DNA of 64,000 nucleotides from Octopus vulgaris. Taxonomy: Eukaryota. A program made the translations under genes and the position numbers. Of this stretch, positions 1 through 13,765 are shown piece after piece; within the stretch, counting starts at the first letter, position 1; the number at the start of each line of letters is the position of its first letter. The stretch lies in contig OX597826.1 in assembly GCA_951406725.2 (NCBI GenBank), positions 80,166,001 through 80,230,000 of the forward strand, in the 5' to 3' direction. Under the pieces are notes generated by a model that saw nothing but the letters and a program-made list of their open reading frames with translations, ran no database searches and was not told where the DNA came from.

Positions 1-94
1 TAGCTATCTATCTACTTATCTGTTTATCTCTATATTTATCTATACACACGCACGCACACACACACACACTCATTCACACACATACACACACACA

Positions 95-147
<53 letters not shown>
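1..147. repeat. (TATC)n/(CA)n compound microsatellite
   Basis: Directly visible simple repeats. Confidence 0.95.
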
Positions 148-151
<4 letters not shown>

Positions 152-1046
152 GAATTAGAAAGAGAAAGTCTTTGCAACAGTATTATATATTTGAAAACAT
201 GAACAGAAATGGCTTTACTGATAATTTTTCCGCTTTAATAATTAGATAAACATCTAATTATTAAAGTGGAAAACCTATTCATATCTTTCAAGTATATATA
301 TGTGTATATATATATATATAGACACACACAATCACACATGCTAATATATATATATAATACGTGTGGGGGGAGGGTGCCCGAAGATGCGCGTGATTGTTTG
401 TTTGTGTAAATGCGTGTACTTTTATGAAAAGTCAAGGAACTGAAAGAGTCTTACCCACTTCATATTAAGAAAAAATAAATGTCTGATGCTAATGGTGTTA
501 TTTGGGGGATTGTATATAAGTTTGCTAAATATAGCTTAGAAGGTCCGTTACTTCTCTTTTGAAACGAAAATTCCTGCTGTGCCTAAAAAGCAAGCACTCT
601 ATCTTCATTCGATACAAGATTCGAAAGACGTTCACCCTACATAGAATGCAATATCCGGGATTTCTAATGAAAATGCAATGGATCTGTCGAACGAGAAAAA
701 TTGACGAAGATGTCTCCGAAAATCTCTTCCATGAAAAGTATGTTAAGTAACATAAATAATGGTGGGGGGATTGTGAAAAGCTCTAACGCAAACACAAGCA
801 CTTACATACACACGGCCGCGCGCACCCCCATATATTGTGCGTACATACATACACACACACACACACAAACACATATGCATGTATGTGCGTATGTAGACAT
901 ATGTTTATGTATCTGTGCTTGTACCTGCGCGTGTATGAATTCAACAACTATGATTTGAAAATACGCAGTACTTCCGTTTCTTGCTGAGAGCTTTCTTCCA
1001 GTTAAAGTAGTTACTCCAAGTGAGTTACCGAGGAACTTTTCTCTCG

Positions 1047-1119
<73 letters not shown>

Positions 1120-1568
1120 CATATATATACATATGCTTCTTTTTCGTTGATAATAATGAATTGGAACTTTGCATGGAACTCATTCAAATTTCTTGTATTC
1201 TTCGCATTTCAAACTTTATCTGTAAGTATGTAACTCCTAGTTTTCCATCACGATAGGACATATTTCTGTTAAGAAAACTTTTTGTACATTTTTTCTTTCC
1301 AATGTGTGCTTTCTAAATTTTCCTGGTGATTTACATTTCAATAAATACGATGCCATTTTCGTATATATCTATTCTAGCTGTGAAATCCAACTGCATGAAA
1401 ATCAAACCGATTCTTATGTAAGCGAACGAGACTCAATTCCTGTATACCTCATATTTAATACTCTTCTACTACTATCGTTAATAATGACAATATCTCTACG
1501 TTCGATCTTCAACTCACTCTGTTGAGAAAGCTATCGTATTATAAATTTCACATGCATTTTTTTTATTT

Positions 1569-1893
1569 GGAGCACTCCGTCGGTTACGACGACGAGGGTC
1601 CCAGCTGATACGATCAACGGAACAGCTTGCTCGTGAAATTAACGTGCAAGTGGCTGAGCACTCCACAGACACGCGTACCCCTAATGTAATTCTCAGGGAG
1701 ATTCAGCGTGACACAGAGTGTGACAAGGCTGGCCCTTTCAAATACAGATACTACTCATTTTTGCCAGCTGAGTGGACTGGAGCAATATGAAATAAAGTGT
1801 CTTGCTCAAGGACACAACGCGTCGACGGGAATCGAACTCACGACCTTACAATCGTGAGCCGAATGCCCTAACCACTAAGCCACGCGCCTTCAC
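1569..1893 (-). mobile_element. tRNA-derived SINE, family A (head A + tail X)
   Basis: Minus strand begins GGCGCGTGGCTTAGTGGTTAGG (A box) ... GAGTTCGATTCCC (B box), then TGTGTCCTTGAGCAAGACACTT. Near-identical to 17225-17549. Possible 8-bp TSD ACATGCAT at 1550-1557 and 1895-1902. Confidence 0.9.
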
Positions 1894-2537
1894 AACATGC
1901 ATATATATATTCGCATATATATGTATTCACAACACACAAAGTATAGGAATTTATTTTTTACTCTTTGCTTGTAATATATAATATCTGAAGTCCATGATTT
2001 TCCTTTAAAAGTACACGGTAGGGGATTCTGGGGCCCAGTTTACCCTCCTAAACGTCTGCTTCCTCGTGCTTACATTTGAGACGCAACGCCTGGTTAATTG
2101 CCAGGCAGTTGGACCTACTTTCTATGACAGGACGTAGCCAGAAAACGATTGAACTTTGTGACACATGTAAAGGAGAATTCTTGTGAGGAGTGGATTGGTA
2201 GCTTATGTCCTGCCCACATCGTCATGGAAATGCGGCGGTGAAGATGTAGCGAATGACGGAATTTGCAAGAAATGATTTGAAAGATTCAGCCATGAAAGTT
2301 TCAATTTGTTTGCTGACCTTACATCAAGTTGTCATTCTAAATTGGATGGCGAACTGCTACAGGCAACACTTGCAATCTACCTTGCGGCGACAGTGGGAGA
2401 GCGTTTTAATAAATTTAAGGGAAGCATTGTGAATCTTCATAATTCTATCGTGATGGAAATCTAGGAACTACAAACTACATCGTAACCGATAAAGTTCGAA
2501 ACGTAAAGAATACAAGAAGTTTTAATGAGTTCCATGC

Positions 2538-2579
<42 letters not shown>

Positions 2580-2580
2580 C

Positions 2581-2611
<31 letters not shown>

Positions 2612-4143
2612 CACACGTCATTGAGTAGAAAATGGACTCCTCTTGCTCTTTGAACAGCATGTCATCAATAAGGACTTGATAGTTGTGAACCCCTCCATAC
2701 ACGCACTCTCTGAGAGCAATATTTTTAAAACAGATCATGACTGGAGATAAGAAATAGATTCTCTAGAGAGATATTATTATTGTTGTTGCTATTAACGCAT
2801 CCAAGAGAACTTCACACAAAGAATATTTTATGAAGGAGTCCTTGGTTGTAAATGGAAGGAATTGTTCAGCACGACTTACTGTCACAAACCATTTGAAGAC
2901 AGTTTGGATAGAAAATAACTTCCCTTGATAAACTGCAAAGGGTTCGCTTTTGCCAAAGTGATACTCAATCTCACACTTCACAGATCACTAACAATATTCT
3001 GCAGTCATACAGACGAGAAAAGGTTCTACATCTTTCCAATTTTGCAAACGTTCCTCCATCAAACTTGCATTTATTGAAACCTGTGCCGCAGAAAAGACAT
3101 CAAAGTACATATTATGAGTAACATATAATGTGCGTGCGTTGTATAACCGACAGAGGCTGCGATTGTTTTACCTGGGAAAATTCCATTTCAAGAAGTTTAG
3201 CGTTAAAAGATACAATATACTTGGAGCTAGGCGAAACGAAAATCTCTTCAGAAGTGACCACGAGAAACGACAGATTCGTAATTCGTTGTAATTGCCGCTT
3301 ATCAGTGCAGCACAAATGAGTCACTTCCAAAACGAAAGCTCTAATCGGGAATATATATTTTTAAAAATCCAAAATCCAAAGACGTTCTCATACCATAAAT
3401 TGAACAGAATGGCGGATTGGCAGATATTTCAGGCTGTTGGAAAATGACCTTGCAGTATTTGTCCTAGTGTCCTAGCACTCCACGTGCCGAGTTCAAATCC
3501 CGGGTGTATCCTATTTAAAACTTGGTGCACAAAATATTCCTCCATAATTTACTATTGTATAAGGTGAACGCAACTTTACAATACGCAGCTCTAATCAACT
3601 TTACGGAGCTCACATTAATCTTCCCCATTTTATTCAATAAATACTCTCTGGTTTTACTTGTTATTGTATAATTAAGTAGAGCTATGGTCAAAAGATTTTC
3701 CTGTTGTGACTAATTTTTAAAAACTCACTTTTATCTTGGATCATTATTTAACGCTGTTCGCTTAATAGAGTAAAATGTGCTTTCCTAATGACTTTACTTC
3801 CAGCTGGTGAAGAGATCAGGTAGGGGCTCCACCTTTGTTCCTTGGTTCAGTGTATTTTAAAAGATTATATTGTCATAGCAGAACGCTGACGAACGTAGCA
3901 GCAGACTATGATTAACTTCGGACAAAGGAGAGAGTGAGAAAGTAGAAGAGAGAGACAGGGTGAGAGGGAGAGAGGGGGAGAGAAAGGGAAAGAAACAGAG
4001 GTAGAAAGAAAGAGATTTGTTAGCGTGTGTAAATGTCTGGCGGAAGTCGGGAACGGAAGCTGTATGAAAATAAGAAAATGGAGACAAATTGAAGAGAAAA
4101 TTGTCTGTTACTGGAATGTATACATATATACACAAATAGATAG

Positions 4144-4176
<33 letters not shown>

Positions 4177-4275
4177 TATACACATACATACATACATAAA
4201 TAGAAAGATAGATAGATAGATAGTTAGGCAGATAGATACATAGACAGACATGCAGACATACATACATACAGACAG

Positions 4276-4309
<34 letters not shown>

Positions 4310-4361
4310 AAAGTATACTAAGATATGGATTCAAAGAGTCATGCGAGAGAGAAGTGTGTGA

Positions 4362-4437
<76 letters not shown>

Positions 4438-5071
4438 GTCCGTGCACACGAGAAACAGAAAAGAATGAAGGAGGACACAATGACCTGGCTACAAGATATT
4501 AATTCATGGAAGACGTCCTCGCTGCTGTCGGTTGGCCACCGGCTAAACATTTTTCGATTGAATTTTGGATTGTGTAATATTTACAGATTTACCATTGCAT
4601 TTTCTCAAATCTCCGATGATGGATGATGATGATGATGATGATGATGACGATGACGACCACTACTACGACAGCATCGCTGATGACAACGATAGGAATATTG
4701 GCAATGAATGGATTTTTCTAGGATCTATATTTAATTAACTCGACCATATTAGATACACGATGCAATCTGCATTGATATTCAGAGGATAACAGAATTCTTG
4801 GAAAAAAGATTATTTTCATATATTTCAGGAGAGATGGGTTAATGCGGAAATCTCTCAACTGTGAAACAGACGCTAATAGGAGGTTGTGATATTTGTCCCC
4901 CATCAAGTAAATGTCATGCATTAGCCACCTCGCGGCAATGTGGTCGCGGGTTCGATTAGGCAAAAGATTCCTTACGTAACCTCAGGTTAACCGATGCTTC
5001 AGAAGAGAAAATCCATTGATGGAAACTGTATGGAAGCCTGTGTACATAAATGAGTGTTTGCAGATCTTTTA

Positions 5072-5200
5072 TATTTTACTTGTTTCAGTCATTGGACTGT
5101 GGTCATGCTGGGGCACTGCCTTGAAGCGTTTAGTCGAACGTATTGGTTACGGGGCCGTAAACAAACCAACAGCGCTTGTCAGGCGATGAGAGTACAAGCT
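5072..5200 (-). mobile_element. SINE family C, 3' fragment
   Basis: TTTTACTTGTTTCAGTCATTGGACTGTGGTCATGCTGGGGCAC matches the reverse complement of the family C 3' end at 47020-47059. Confidence 0.7.
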
Positions 5201-5432
5201 CACAGGTACATATACCTTCATCACACACATATATATATAAATGTATAAATATAGAGAGAGGGGGCAATTTTGAAGATAAACAAATCAGATACCTGAAATA
5301 TATTAACTACATGATATTAAATATATTTGTTTATCTGCGTAGCTTATTCTAAACCCGCTCCTCAAATAGTATTATATCGCTTAACTTATTCACTATTTAA
5401 GTGATGTGTTCGTGGATGGTAAATGCGTTGAT

Positions 5433-5478
5433 GTGGCACTGAAGAAAGAGCAATATCTCCTGAAATATGTATATACAC
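5433..5478 (+). ncRNA. degenerate minimal hammerhead-like motif
   Basis: CTGAAGA-AAGAG-CAATAT-CTC-CT-GAAA-TATGTA-TA. Core boxes are present but stems I and III are imperfect. Confidence 0.3.
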
Positions 5479-8049
5479 CCATCACCTACTGTTTCTGTCT
5501 TTGATTGCACTGTTTACATAGACGTATTCGTATACGAAACGTCTCAACTTTCAGTGTTGTCTCTAACCTCTATAAAAAATCTGTAGATATATCTTTAAAA
5601 TAATTGAATCGTGCTGCTAACACAAAAAGGACATAGCATTGACTTACAAGCTTTTAATACACTTGGTAGTATATAAAACTGAAGCTGTTAAACGAAATAC
5701 AATATCCCTACCAGCAGTTATTTCCTCATTATATCCCAATGGAACTTCTACACAGACAACAGAGCATTGGTTTACTTTTTCTGTCTCTGTAAACCATTCG
5801 CGTTTTTTATAAACCTCGCTGTAATATTTAAGAAAGGGATATTGTATATAACCGTTTCTTATACCATGACAAGGCTTCATGTTTTTAAATAGAACAAAAA
5901 AAAACACTAATAATGCACGAGTTTCATCGTCCACTCAATCATAAAGTGTGAACTGAAGTGAAATTGCACAACCGATCGACATTCGCTCATGTTTGATCAA
6001 TCAGTTGTCGGAGGTGTCATTTCTCCTCTATCCTGCTTTGCTTGTATTACATACTTCTGCAAAGCACTTCCACTGAAATACTTCAATGTTGTTATTGACA
6101 CAAGAAAAGCATCCGTGTAAATAGTTTTATGTAACATACGTCAGTAACATTGAATAAAACTCTTTATACTATTTGTAAAGTTACGGAAAAGAAAACAAAA
6201 AACGTGAATACTGAAAGATCTGTTGAAGAAGACGTCTTCTGAAGTACTGCAAATACTCGGGTTTCACAAAAGATTCTATTCATTTTTGCTTTCATGGTTT
6301 TTTTTTTCTTTTCACTTCTTTTAAGGATTCTTTCTCGTTTTACTTTTCTTTCTGTCTTTTTGTAATGTAGTCTTCACTCTTTTGAAGTTTTTGCTCAGTA
6401 TTTTCAAAGTTTAATCGATGTGTTCCGTCTTGGTATTAGACATTGATAGAAATTTGAAAGAGAAGCAACAGGATGACTGAGAGGACAATTAACATAGCAG
6501 CAACAAATACTAATTTAAGGAAACGAAACTTCTAGCGTCCTTTAATGATGGTCACTCGGTAAATATCGATGCCTCGTTCGTGCCTCGTCAGAAAGGGAGG
6601 TTGTTTGTTTTCTGTCTCAAATCGATGCTAAACATTTCCGATATCATTTGAATTTATGACTGAGCGGTTAATTTATATTTTCAGAACACTATAATATTGA
6701 TATCTCTTGGAAAGATGTATTATTAGAATCGATAGAGTGTTGAAAAATTCCACTTGAAATCAAGAATTTTATAAACTTTCGAGAGAACGTGAAATAATTC
6801 TTATTTGGAACAGTATATCTCAAAGCTCATAAACCCATAAGTAATAGCACGTGAATATCGAGTTAGAAAAGCCCTTTCGACAGGGGTTTTCCAGACCAAT
6901 ATTAACATTCTGTTATAACTTCGAGGTCCACTGTTCCAAAAGGATTATAACTTTCAATATTTCTTTCGTCTCTTGACGAACTTGGTATTATCTCCAATTA
7001 GTTTTGCTCAGCTCATCCTCTCAGTCCTTCTCCTGTGCACTTTGGAAACTTTTTTTCTTTAATCTTCCTTTCCATTATCTTACCGACCTGCAATAATCCC
7101 TTCATCGTTTATGCTTGATTTAATATCATTTGTTGTATGTCTGCACCATCGCATTTGAACGTCTGACCTCCATAATACTGTATAATCATTTGCCTAAAGC
7201 CGCACATCCTTATACTTCCAACAAGTTAAACAAGAGAATTCGCTTTGAGCTCATCTATATTAAGTGGACCATTTACATTCTCCCTGTTCTTAACCATAAA
7301 TAGGTTTGGATTTTGGATTCATAAATAGGTTTGGATTTTCCCAGCATGCTTTACAAAGGAATCAACTTGATGACGAAGGTTAACGCAGATATCGTTCTCC
7401 TTAAAATAACTCCTCACCGAATTTCGCATTTCTTAAATTTTTAACAGTTAAACTGACCCTATCAGGACCAAATATTCTACCGTTTTATATTCTAAGACAG
7501 GTGGATCTAGCCTCTCACACCTGTCCTACCATATCATTCACAAAGTAGTCACATCATTGATATCTTCAAGCTCCGAGATAATACATTCAAAACAACCTGA
7601 ATAATAAATAAGCATTACATTTGACAGAGTAATCTGAATGCAAAAGAGTTACGGATTTATTTCCCGAATTCATTTTCCCATCAGACCATTGTTTGGTTTT
7701 GTTTTGTCTTTCTCTAAGAAACCCATTAATCTTCTCATGGATTCCAAGAGTGCTCGGCTGTTTTAAATGCTATCGTGTGTTACATTTTTGCGTTTTCTTC
7801 TAGTCAATCCAAACTACAGCAAAGTTCTTTCTTCCACTTAGTTCCCCCTGTTTCCTTTCCGCGTTCCTTTTGTCCTTTCCTGAAAAGTTTTCCCTTCTGA
7901 ACAGAGATATACAAGTCATCTGCAGTGAGATGAGTTTGCAATTTCTAGTACAATGGTAAATATGTAACAGGATTATAATTACTGAGTCTTCCCTTTTCCT
8001 TATCCTTTCTGAATTAAACCTATTCTTACTTTTGTAATCTTTCTTGGGG

Positions 8050-8280
8050 TTCCATTCCACGTACTTCTCCAGATTTTTGCTCACTGTTCCCAGGGCTCCA
8101 ACAACTATTGGTACTACTGCTACTTTTTCATCGACCACTACTGCTTAACTTCCCAAGCTAACCTGTCATATCTCTCGACTTTTCTTTCTTCCTTATCGCA
8201 TACCTTGTCATCGGCTGGGCTTGCTATATCTATGATCCAGCAGAGTTTGTTTTCTTTCTCAATTAAGACTATGTCCGGCT
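8050..8280 (-). pseudogene. R4/Dong-type retrotransposon RLE-domain fragment
   Basis: Encodes ...PDIVLIEK...VAVVPIVVGALGTVSKNLEKYVE. Nucleotide sequence closely matches 22955-23170. (TTA)n tract adjacent at 8332-8405. Confidence 0.85.
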
Positions 8281-8424
8281 TTTTTTTAATTAATACTATG
8301 TCCGACTGTCTCAATTAAGACTATGTCCGACTTGTTATTGTTATTATTATTATTTTTATTATTATTGTTATTATTATCATTATTATTATTATTATTATTA
8401 TTGTTATCATCAACGTCATCATCG

Positions 8425-8456
<32 letters not shown>

Positions 8457-9348
8457 GTCGTCGTCGTCATCATCATCCTTGTTATTGTTTTATTGTCAAT
8501 AGTCTGATGTGGGCATGATTTATCTTCCCCTGCTCACAATCTCTTCTTCTTCTTCTAGACATACTCGATATGATATTGTAAAAATTCCCTTATTCTGTTT
8601 TGCATCGGTTATTTTAAACATTTCATTCTTTCATTTTATTTGTATTGATTATCTGGTCTATCGTCATTAGACATTTCTATATCGTTCTGAGTTTCTTTAT
8701 TTCAATTTTTTTTTCTTCATTTGCTGTCTTTTCCAATGACTTTTTAAAGAACAAATATAAAGGAATTGGCGCGCTTGACTGGGTTCAGAATTGATACAAG
8801 ACATAACAATGGTTACCCCTCGAGGGAAATATGATTTAGATCCATAGAGTTCGTCGTATATTATGAATACGAAGAAAACTCAGGCAACGATCAATGAAAG
8901 GAAACCTAGAAACTGAACATGTTTATTGTTACAGAGACTTCCATACAATTTGTATTACGCTTGAGATATTTATGAGAACGGCAACCTCGTTAAAAAGCCT
9001 CAATCATAAATTTAATTAATTAGATGCAGTCTGTAAGAGGCAAAAATTTTATGTTACAGATGGCTGTTTATAAAGAAAGCATAACTGAAATATTAGTGAA
9101 ATTTTCGTTGAAAATTGTGTCTTATCTCCTCCGGTTAAATGAGCCACACTAATGCAAAGCCAAAATTGTGATTTTGTGTGGAAACTGGAAATATATTTTT
9201 CTTCGGTAGACGCAATATTTCACATTTATGTCTGTTTGTGTCTGTTGTTAAGTTCAAACCAACTTCTCTGGATTTCAATGGTTGGCTTCCCCATCCCGTC
9301 GTATTTTTTCAGACATATTTTATTTAGGACGAAATTATCCGAGATAAA

Positions 9349-9765
9349 GATGGCGGGCTGAGAGAATAGTTCGCACGCCGGACAAAATGCTTCGTCTTAA
9401 CGTTCTGATTTAATTCCATCCACCGAGATCGACTTTGTCTTTCATCCTTCTCGGGATCGATAAAATAAGCATCAGTTAAGTAATCGACTCATCGCCTCCC
9501 TTGAAATTGCTGGCCTCGTACCAAAATTTGAAACCGATATTAGTTGCGGACAGTTGGCTGGCTGAATCGTTCCTCGCTGGAAAAAACGCTTCGCCGCATC
9601 ACTTCTGTCTTTACGTCCTGAGATCATATGCCACCGGGGCTGGTTTTGCTTTTTATTCTTCCTGGGTCGATAAAATAAGCACCAATTGAACACTGACGTC
9701 GATGGAATCGACTTAGCCCTCCTGTCTCCCGAAGTTGCTGGCCTTGTGCCAAAATTTATAACCAA
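9349..9765 (+). mobile_element. two tandem degenerate SINE family B copies
   Basis: Both resemble the family B body (GACTTTGTCTTTCATCC...GATAAAATAAGCA) and end in GGCCT(C/T)GT(A/G)CCAAAATTT. Confidence 0.7.
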
Positions 9766-10987
9766 AATTTCTAGCCTGTATTATATAAACTCTAATAAAG
9801 GCGATTCCGTTTATAATCCCAATATCAATAAAGAAGAGGTGTGACTTTCTCATTCTCTTCCGTATACATTTGTCTCCTTACGATTGAATATGAAACCAGT
9901 TTGTGCTAAGTCACTTGATGTCGTGTAACATAATATCAGATGTACGATGATAAAAGTTGCCTTTAACCTGAGAAATATTTCTAACAGATCTATAGACAGC
10001 ATCGTATTGCTACTATTGACACAAATGTTTGTTTAGACAATCTATGCAGAAATCTACCATCGTACTACCATTTCTCTTTCCATTTATAAATTACTGTTTG
10101 AACCAGAATATCGACTTTTATTGCCTATGACCAAATTTTCGCAGTTTTAATGGCCAAACACATACAGAAACAATTGTACCAAGCTCTCCCTCACAATCTC
10201 GAAGAGAATAATGTTTATTAGAAGCGTTGCACATGATAAGTATGAAAAAAATGTCACCAGCTTTCTAGTGTTGTCGGTGCATTGTTCCTGTAATTCAATT
10301 GTATTCATAATAGAAGCTTCTAAATATAATTACCTCAGTGATATGTTGTAAATATAATTTCTAATCGGAATTCTTTCAATGTGAAGGTGCAATAACATTA
10401 ATAGGAAAGGATGGCTAATTATTTGACATGACAGAGGTAAAATTTGTTTGCCTACCATAAAACCTATTTCACTGGGGATTTCATAGAAATTATGGCTTGG
10501 TTTCGAACTAAGTGCGCGCACACATGTGTATGAGTGTGTGTGTGTGTATGCGTGCATGCGTGTGTGTATGAGTATATCTATGTGTTTATGTGTATTTGTA
10601 TGCATGGATCTTTGTAAACTATGAGACAGACAACTCTTCTTGGAATTGTCTGATTTGGTAGCCAATTCCTTGAATATCCGTCATAGTCTGATAAGAATGC
10701 CAAGTTTCTGAGATGTATATTTTTGTAATCGCATATAATCTGACAGATAAAGACAACCACAGAGGGAGGTCTGTAATGGCTATCTCATAAGAATCTAATA
10801 TAATCTTTGTGACAAGGGTTAGTTAGCTTCTGACAACTGAGAGTGACAAAGCCACCTTAAACTGAACTGCATAGCAACTCGATACATGCCTATGCAAATA
10901 CATGATGCAGATATACAATGTATATATTGCTACATGTGTGTGAAAGTATCTTGATAAAATGATATGAAAAGCACGCGAGACTGTGGG

Positions 10988-11400
10988 TGCAGGCTTGGCT
11001 GTGTGGTAATAAGCTAGTTTCCCAATCATGTGGTTTCGCGTTCGGTCCCATTGCGTAGCACCTTGGACAAATGTCTACTACAATATCCTCGAGCTTATCA
11101 AGGCTTTGTGAGTACATTTAGTGGACGGAAACTGTATGGAATCCCATCGTATATTTATATGTGTCTGTCTGTGTGTGTGTTTCTGTGTCTTGTGCATCGC
11201 TTGGCAACCGCTTTTTATTTGTTTAGGTCCCCGTAACGTAGTAGTATCTCGGCCAAATAAACCTATGAAATAAGTAGAATCAGCACCAAACACAGACAAC
11301 AAAATTAGTACGGGTTTTAGGGCGACTTGTTTGACTGAAACTCTTCAAGGTGGTGCGCTAGCTTGACCGCCGTCCAGTGATTGAAACTAGTAAAAGATGA
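10988..11400 (+). mobile_element. tRNA-derived SINE, family C
   Basis: GCAGGCTTGGCTGTGTGGTAA head, internal TG/TA microsatellite, 3' end TGAAACTAGTAAAAG. Homologous to 46601-47059. Confidence 0.8.
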
Positions 11401-11481
11401 AAGACATTATTTTCAAAATGATAATACCTGAACATTTTTCACACGTGCGCACACGTTCTCTTACCTTTATATAAGGCAATA

Positions 11482-12342
11482 CGAGGCCTGATCAATAAGT
11501 ATCAGGAATGTTGGCATAGTAACGAAGCTAAAGCACGCAGAGTGAAACCGCTTGGCATAGAGTGATCTTAAACTTTGCTGTGCATGCGCACTAAATTTTA
11601 ACGTTCTAGCTTACTTCTGCTGTTTACAGCAGTGCTTGGAAGGAAGTTGTGTAGCGTGTGATCGTCGCATTGACCATGACAGAGAAAGTTGTAATGGCGA
11701 TACCTGCTCAGAGGCGTACGCAAATTTGCGGAACGTGTATGGAGAGGAGTGCATGAGCCACACACAAGTGTACGAGTGGTTCAGACGTTTCGAAGATAGC
11801 CGATATTGATAACTATTCTGGGAGGCCCGCAACCAGCAAAACTGAGAAAAACATCTTAGATGTGCATGCAGCTTTTACGGAAAATCGTCGAATCACCATC
11901 CGTGAGTTATCAGAGGATGGGCAGATTAGTTACGGTTCAGTTTAGTCCGTTATCAACAAAAGATTTGGGTATGAGACGCGTGTCTGCTAAGTTTTGCGCC
12001 AAAACTGCTTTCAGCTGACCAAAAGGACAGTCGGGTTTCAGTTTCAAATGAACTCCTTGACTGTATCGAGAACGATGAAAATTTCTGAAAATTTTGCGTA
12101 GGATTCTGAGTAGGTATCGCCAAGCTTTTGGCAACATTTGATGCAGATTCTCTGCTGAACTTTCTCTGTTACGGTTAATGCGATGATCACACGCTGCACA
12201 CCTTCATTCTAAGCGCGGCTGTAAACAATGGTGCGCACATACACAGCAGAGCTCGAGGTCAATCTATGCCGTGTAGCTTCACTCTCCGTGCTTTAGCTTC
12301 GTTACTATGGCAACACTCCTGATATTTACCGATCAGACCACG
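11482..12342 (+). mobile_element. internally deleted mariner transposon
   Basis: TA-flanked, with about 110-bp imperfect TIRs (CGAGGCCTGATCAATAAGTATCAGGA.../...TCCTGATATTTACCGATCAGACCACG). Transposase N-terminal remnant GDTCSEAYANLRNVYGEECMSHTQVYEWFRRFEDSR...SGRP...ENRRITIRELSED...LGMRRVSAKF with stops and frameshifts. Confidence 0.92.
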
Positions 12343-12737
12343 TATGTATATACTTTTTAGGAGTATTTTCCTATGAGTAGGCAAGACTCTGTTAGGAAGA
12401 ATTTATATTTTATCAGTTGTGTTCATGATAAAACTAATATGTTATTCCGGACGTACAGCATCATCTGGTACATTTTCCCGACAGACAAGTACAGCGCCCT
12501 GCTATGAGGTGAGAGATGACCAAATAATTAATGCCTTCATATAACTTGCACTGGGGTCGTTAAAGCTATGCGATGACCCCGGAAAGAACAACAAACCTCT
12601 CCCTCTAATCGAAGTATCTCATTGTTTTAGCCACCGAGGCACTGCTTTACTAAAATCTGCATATACGTTCTCATTTGTAACAACCTATAGTAAAATAATA
12701 ATTAAATTATTATTTAAAATATTGAATTTTTTAATTA

Positions 12738-13108
12738 TTTTACTTGTTTCACTCATTAGATTGCGACCATGCCAGAGCACTGCCTTGAAGACTTTAGTCA
12801 AACAAATCACCTCTATTACCAATTCTTTTCTTTTCTATCTTTTTTAAGTCTGGCTCATATTCTATCTGTCTCTTTTTGCCAAACCGCTGAGTGTTGGGGA
12901 CGTAAACAAACCAACAGCAGTTGTTAAGTGGTGAAGAAGGACACACACACACAAACACAAACAGACACATTCTATAGACAACGAGCTTCCGCACAGTTTT
13001 CGCTTATCATATTCACTCACAAAACATTGGTCAATTCAGGGCTAAAGTAGAAGATACTGGACCGGAGACTATGTGGCTGCTAAACCAGCTTCTTAAGACA
13101 CAGGCATG
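12738..13108 (-). mobile_element. SINE family C (degenerate)
   Basis: Reverse-complement similarity to 46601-47059 along its length. Confidence 0.75.
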
Positions 13109-13402
13109 ACAACATCTAGAACTCTGATGCTCAACCGACTGAACTAAATCAACTATCTCTTTCGAAATCTTATGCGTTACTGCAAAAACAACGTTCGCTT
13201 AATTACTCTTATTTCTTTATTTCCATAAATTCGAAAGGCAGCTACGGAATGTTTCCTTGTTATTAAGCTTCCTCATCAAAACAGCTTACTTAAATTACGA
13301 TTACTGCAGTTAGTACACCTGCACATGCGCAATATTGTACCTGTGTATGTATGAACCCTTAGCACATTGTTTTTAAATACATCATTGGGAATGTTTTACA
13401 TG

Positions 13403-13765
13403 ACTGGTTCTCAGCCATTTTCACTTTTTTTGTCTATGGATCCCTTTGATTGCTATTTTATTCTGGCATCCCCCCACAAAGCCATTCGTAGTTTAAAAAC
13501 GAGTTTTATTGATACTTAAAATCCTTATTTTGCCTTTCACATGTTCCCTTGAGCAGGTTTGCAATACAACTTTCTGAGAGAACCTGTTTCCGTGGCTAGA
13601 ATGATGTTGAACTGTGTAAAATCCTAGAGAAAAAGATCTAAAACAACATATTTTTTCAAGGACTCTTAAAGTACTATTGTGGATTCCCAATTTACTAAGT
13701 TGCTTTCGTGGACCCCGAAAACTATTATATGGGCCCCCGGGGGACGTAAGAACCTCAATTGTGTT
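13403..13765. mobile_element. possible degenerate hAT-type MITE
   Basis: Left end CTGGTTCTCAGCC resembles Charlie-type TIRs, with GGACCCC subterminal motifs. The right end is poorly preserved. Confidence 0.3.

Noticed and set aside
1820-1893. tRNA-like sequences here and at about 17480-17549, 57350-57420 and 62950-63016
   Set aside because: They have A/B boxes but continue into shared SINE bodies and lack a full cloverleaf, so they are SINE heads rather than tRNA genes.
2600-3350. Possible decayed retroelement coding sequence
   Set aside because: No ordered motifs could be found, unlike at 20755-21140.
7440-7651. Possible TTAA-type MITE
   Set aside because: Only one end looks TIR-like and there is no second copy in the window.
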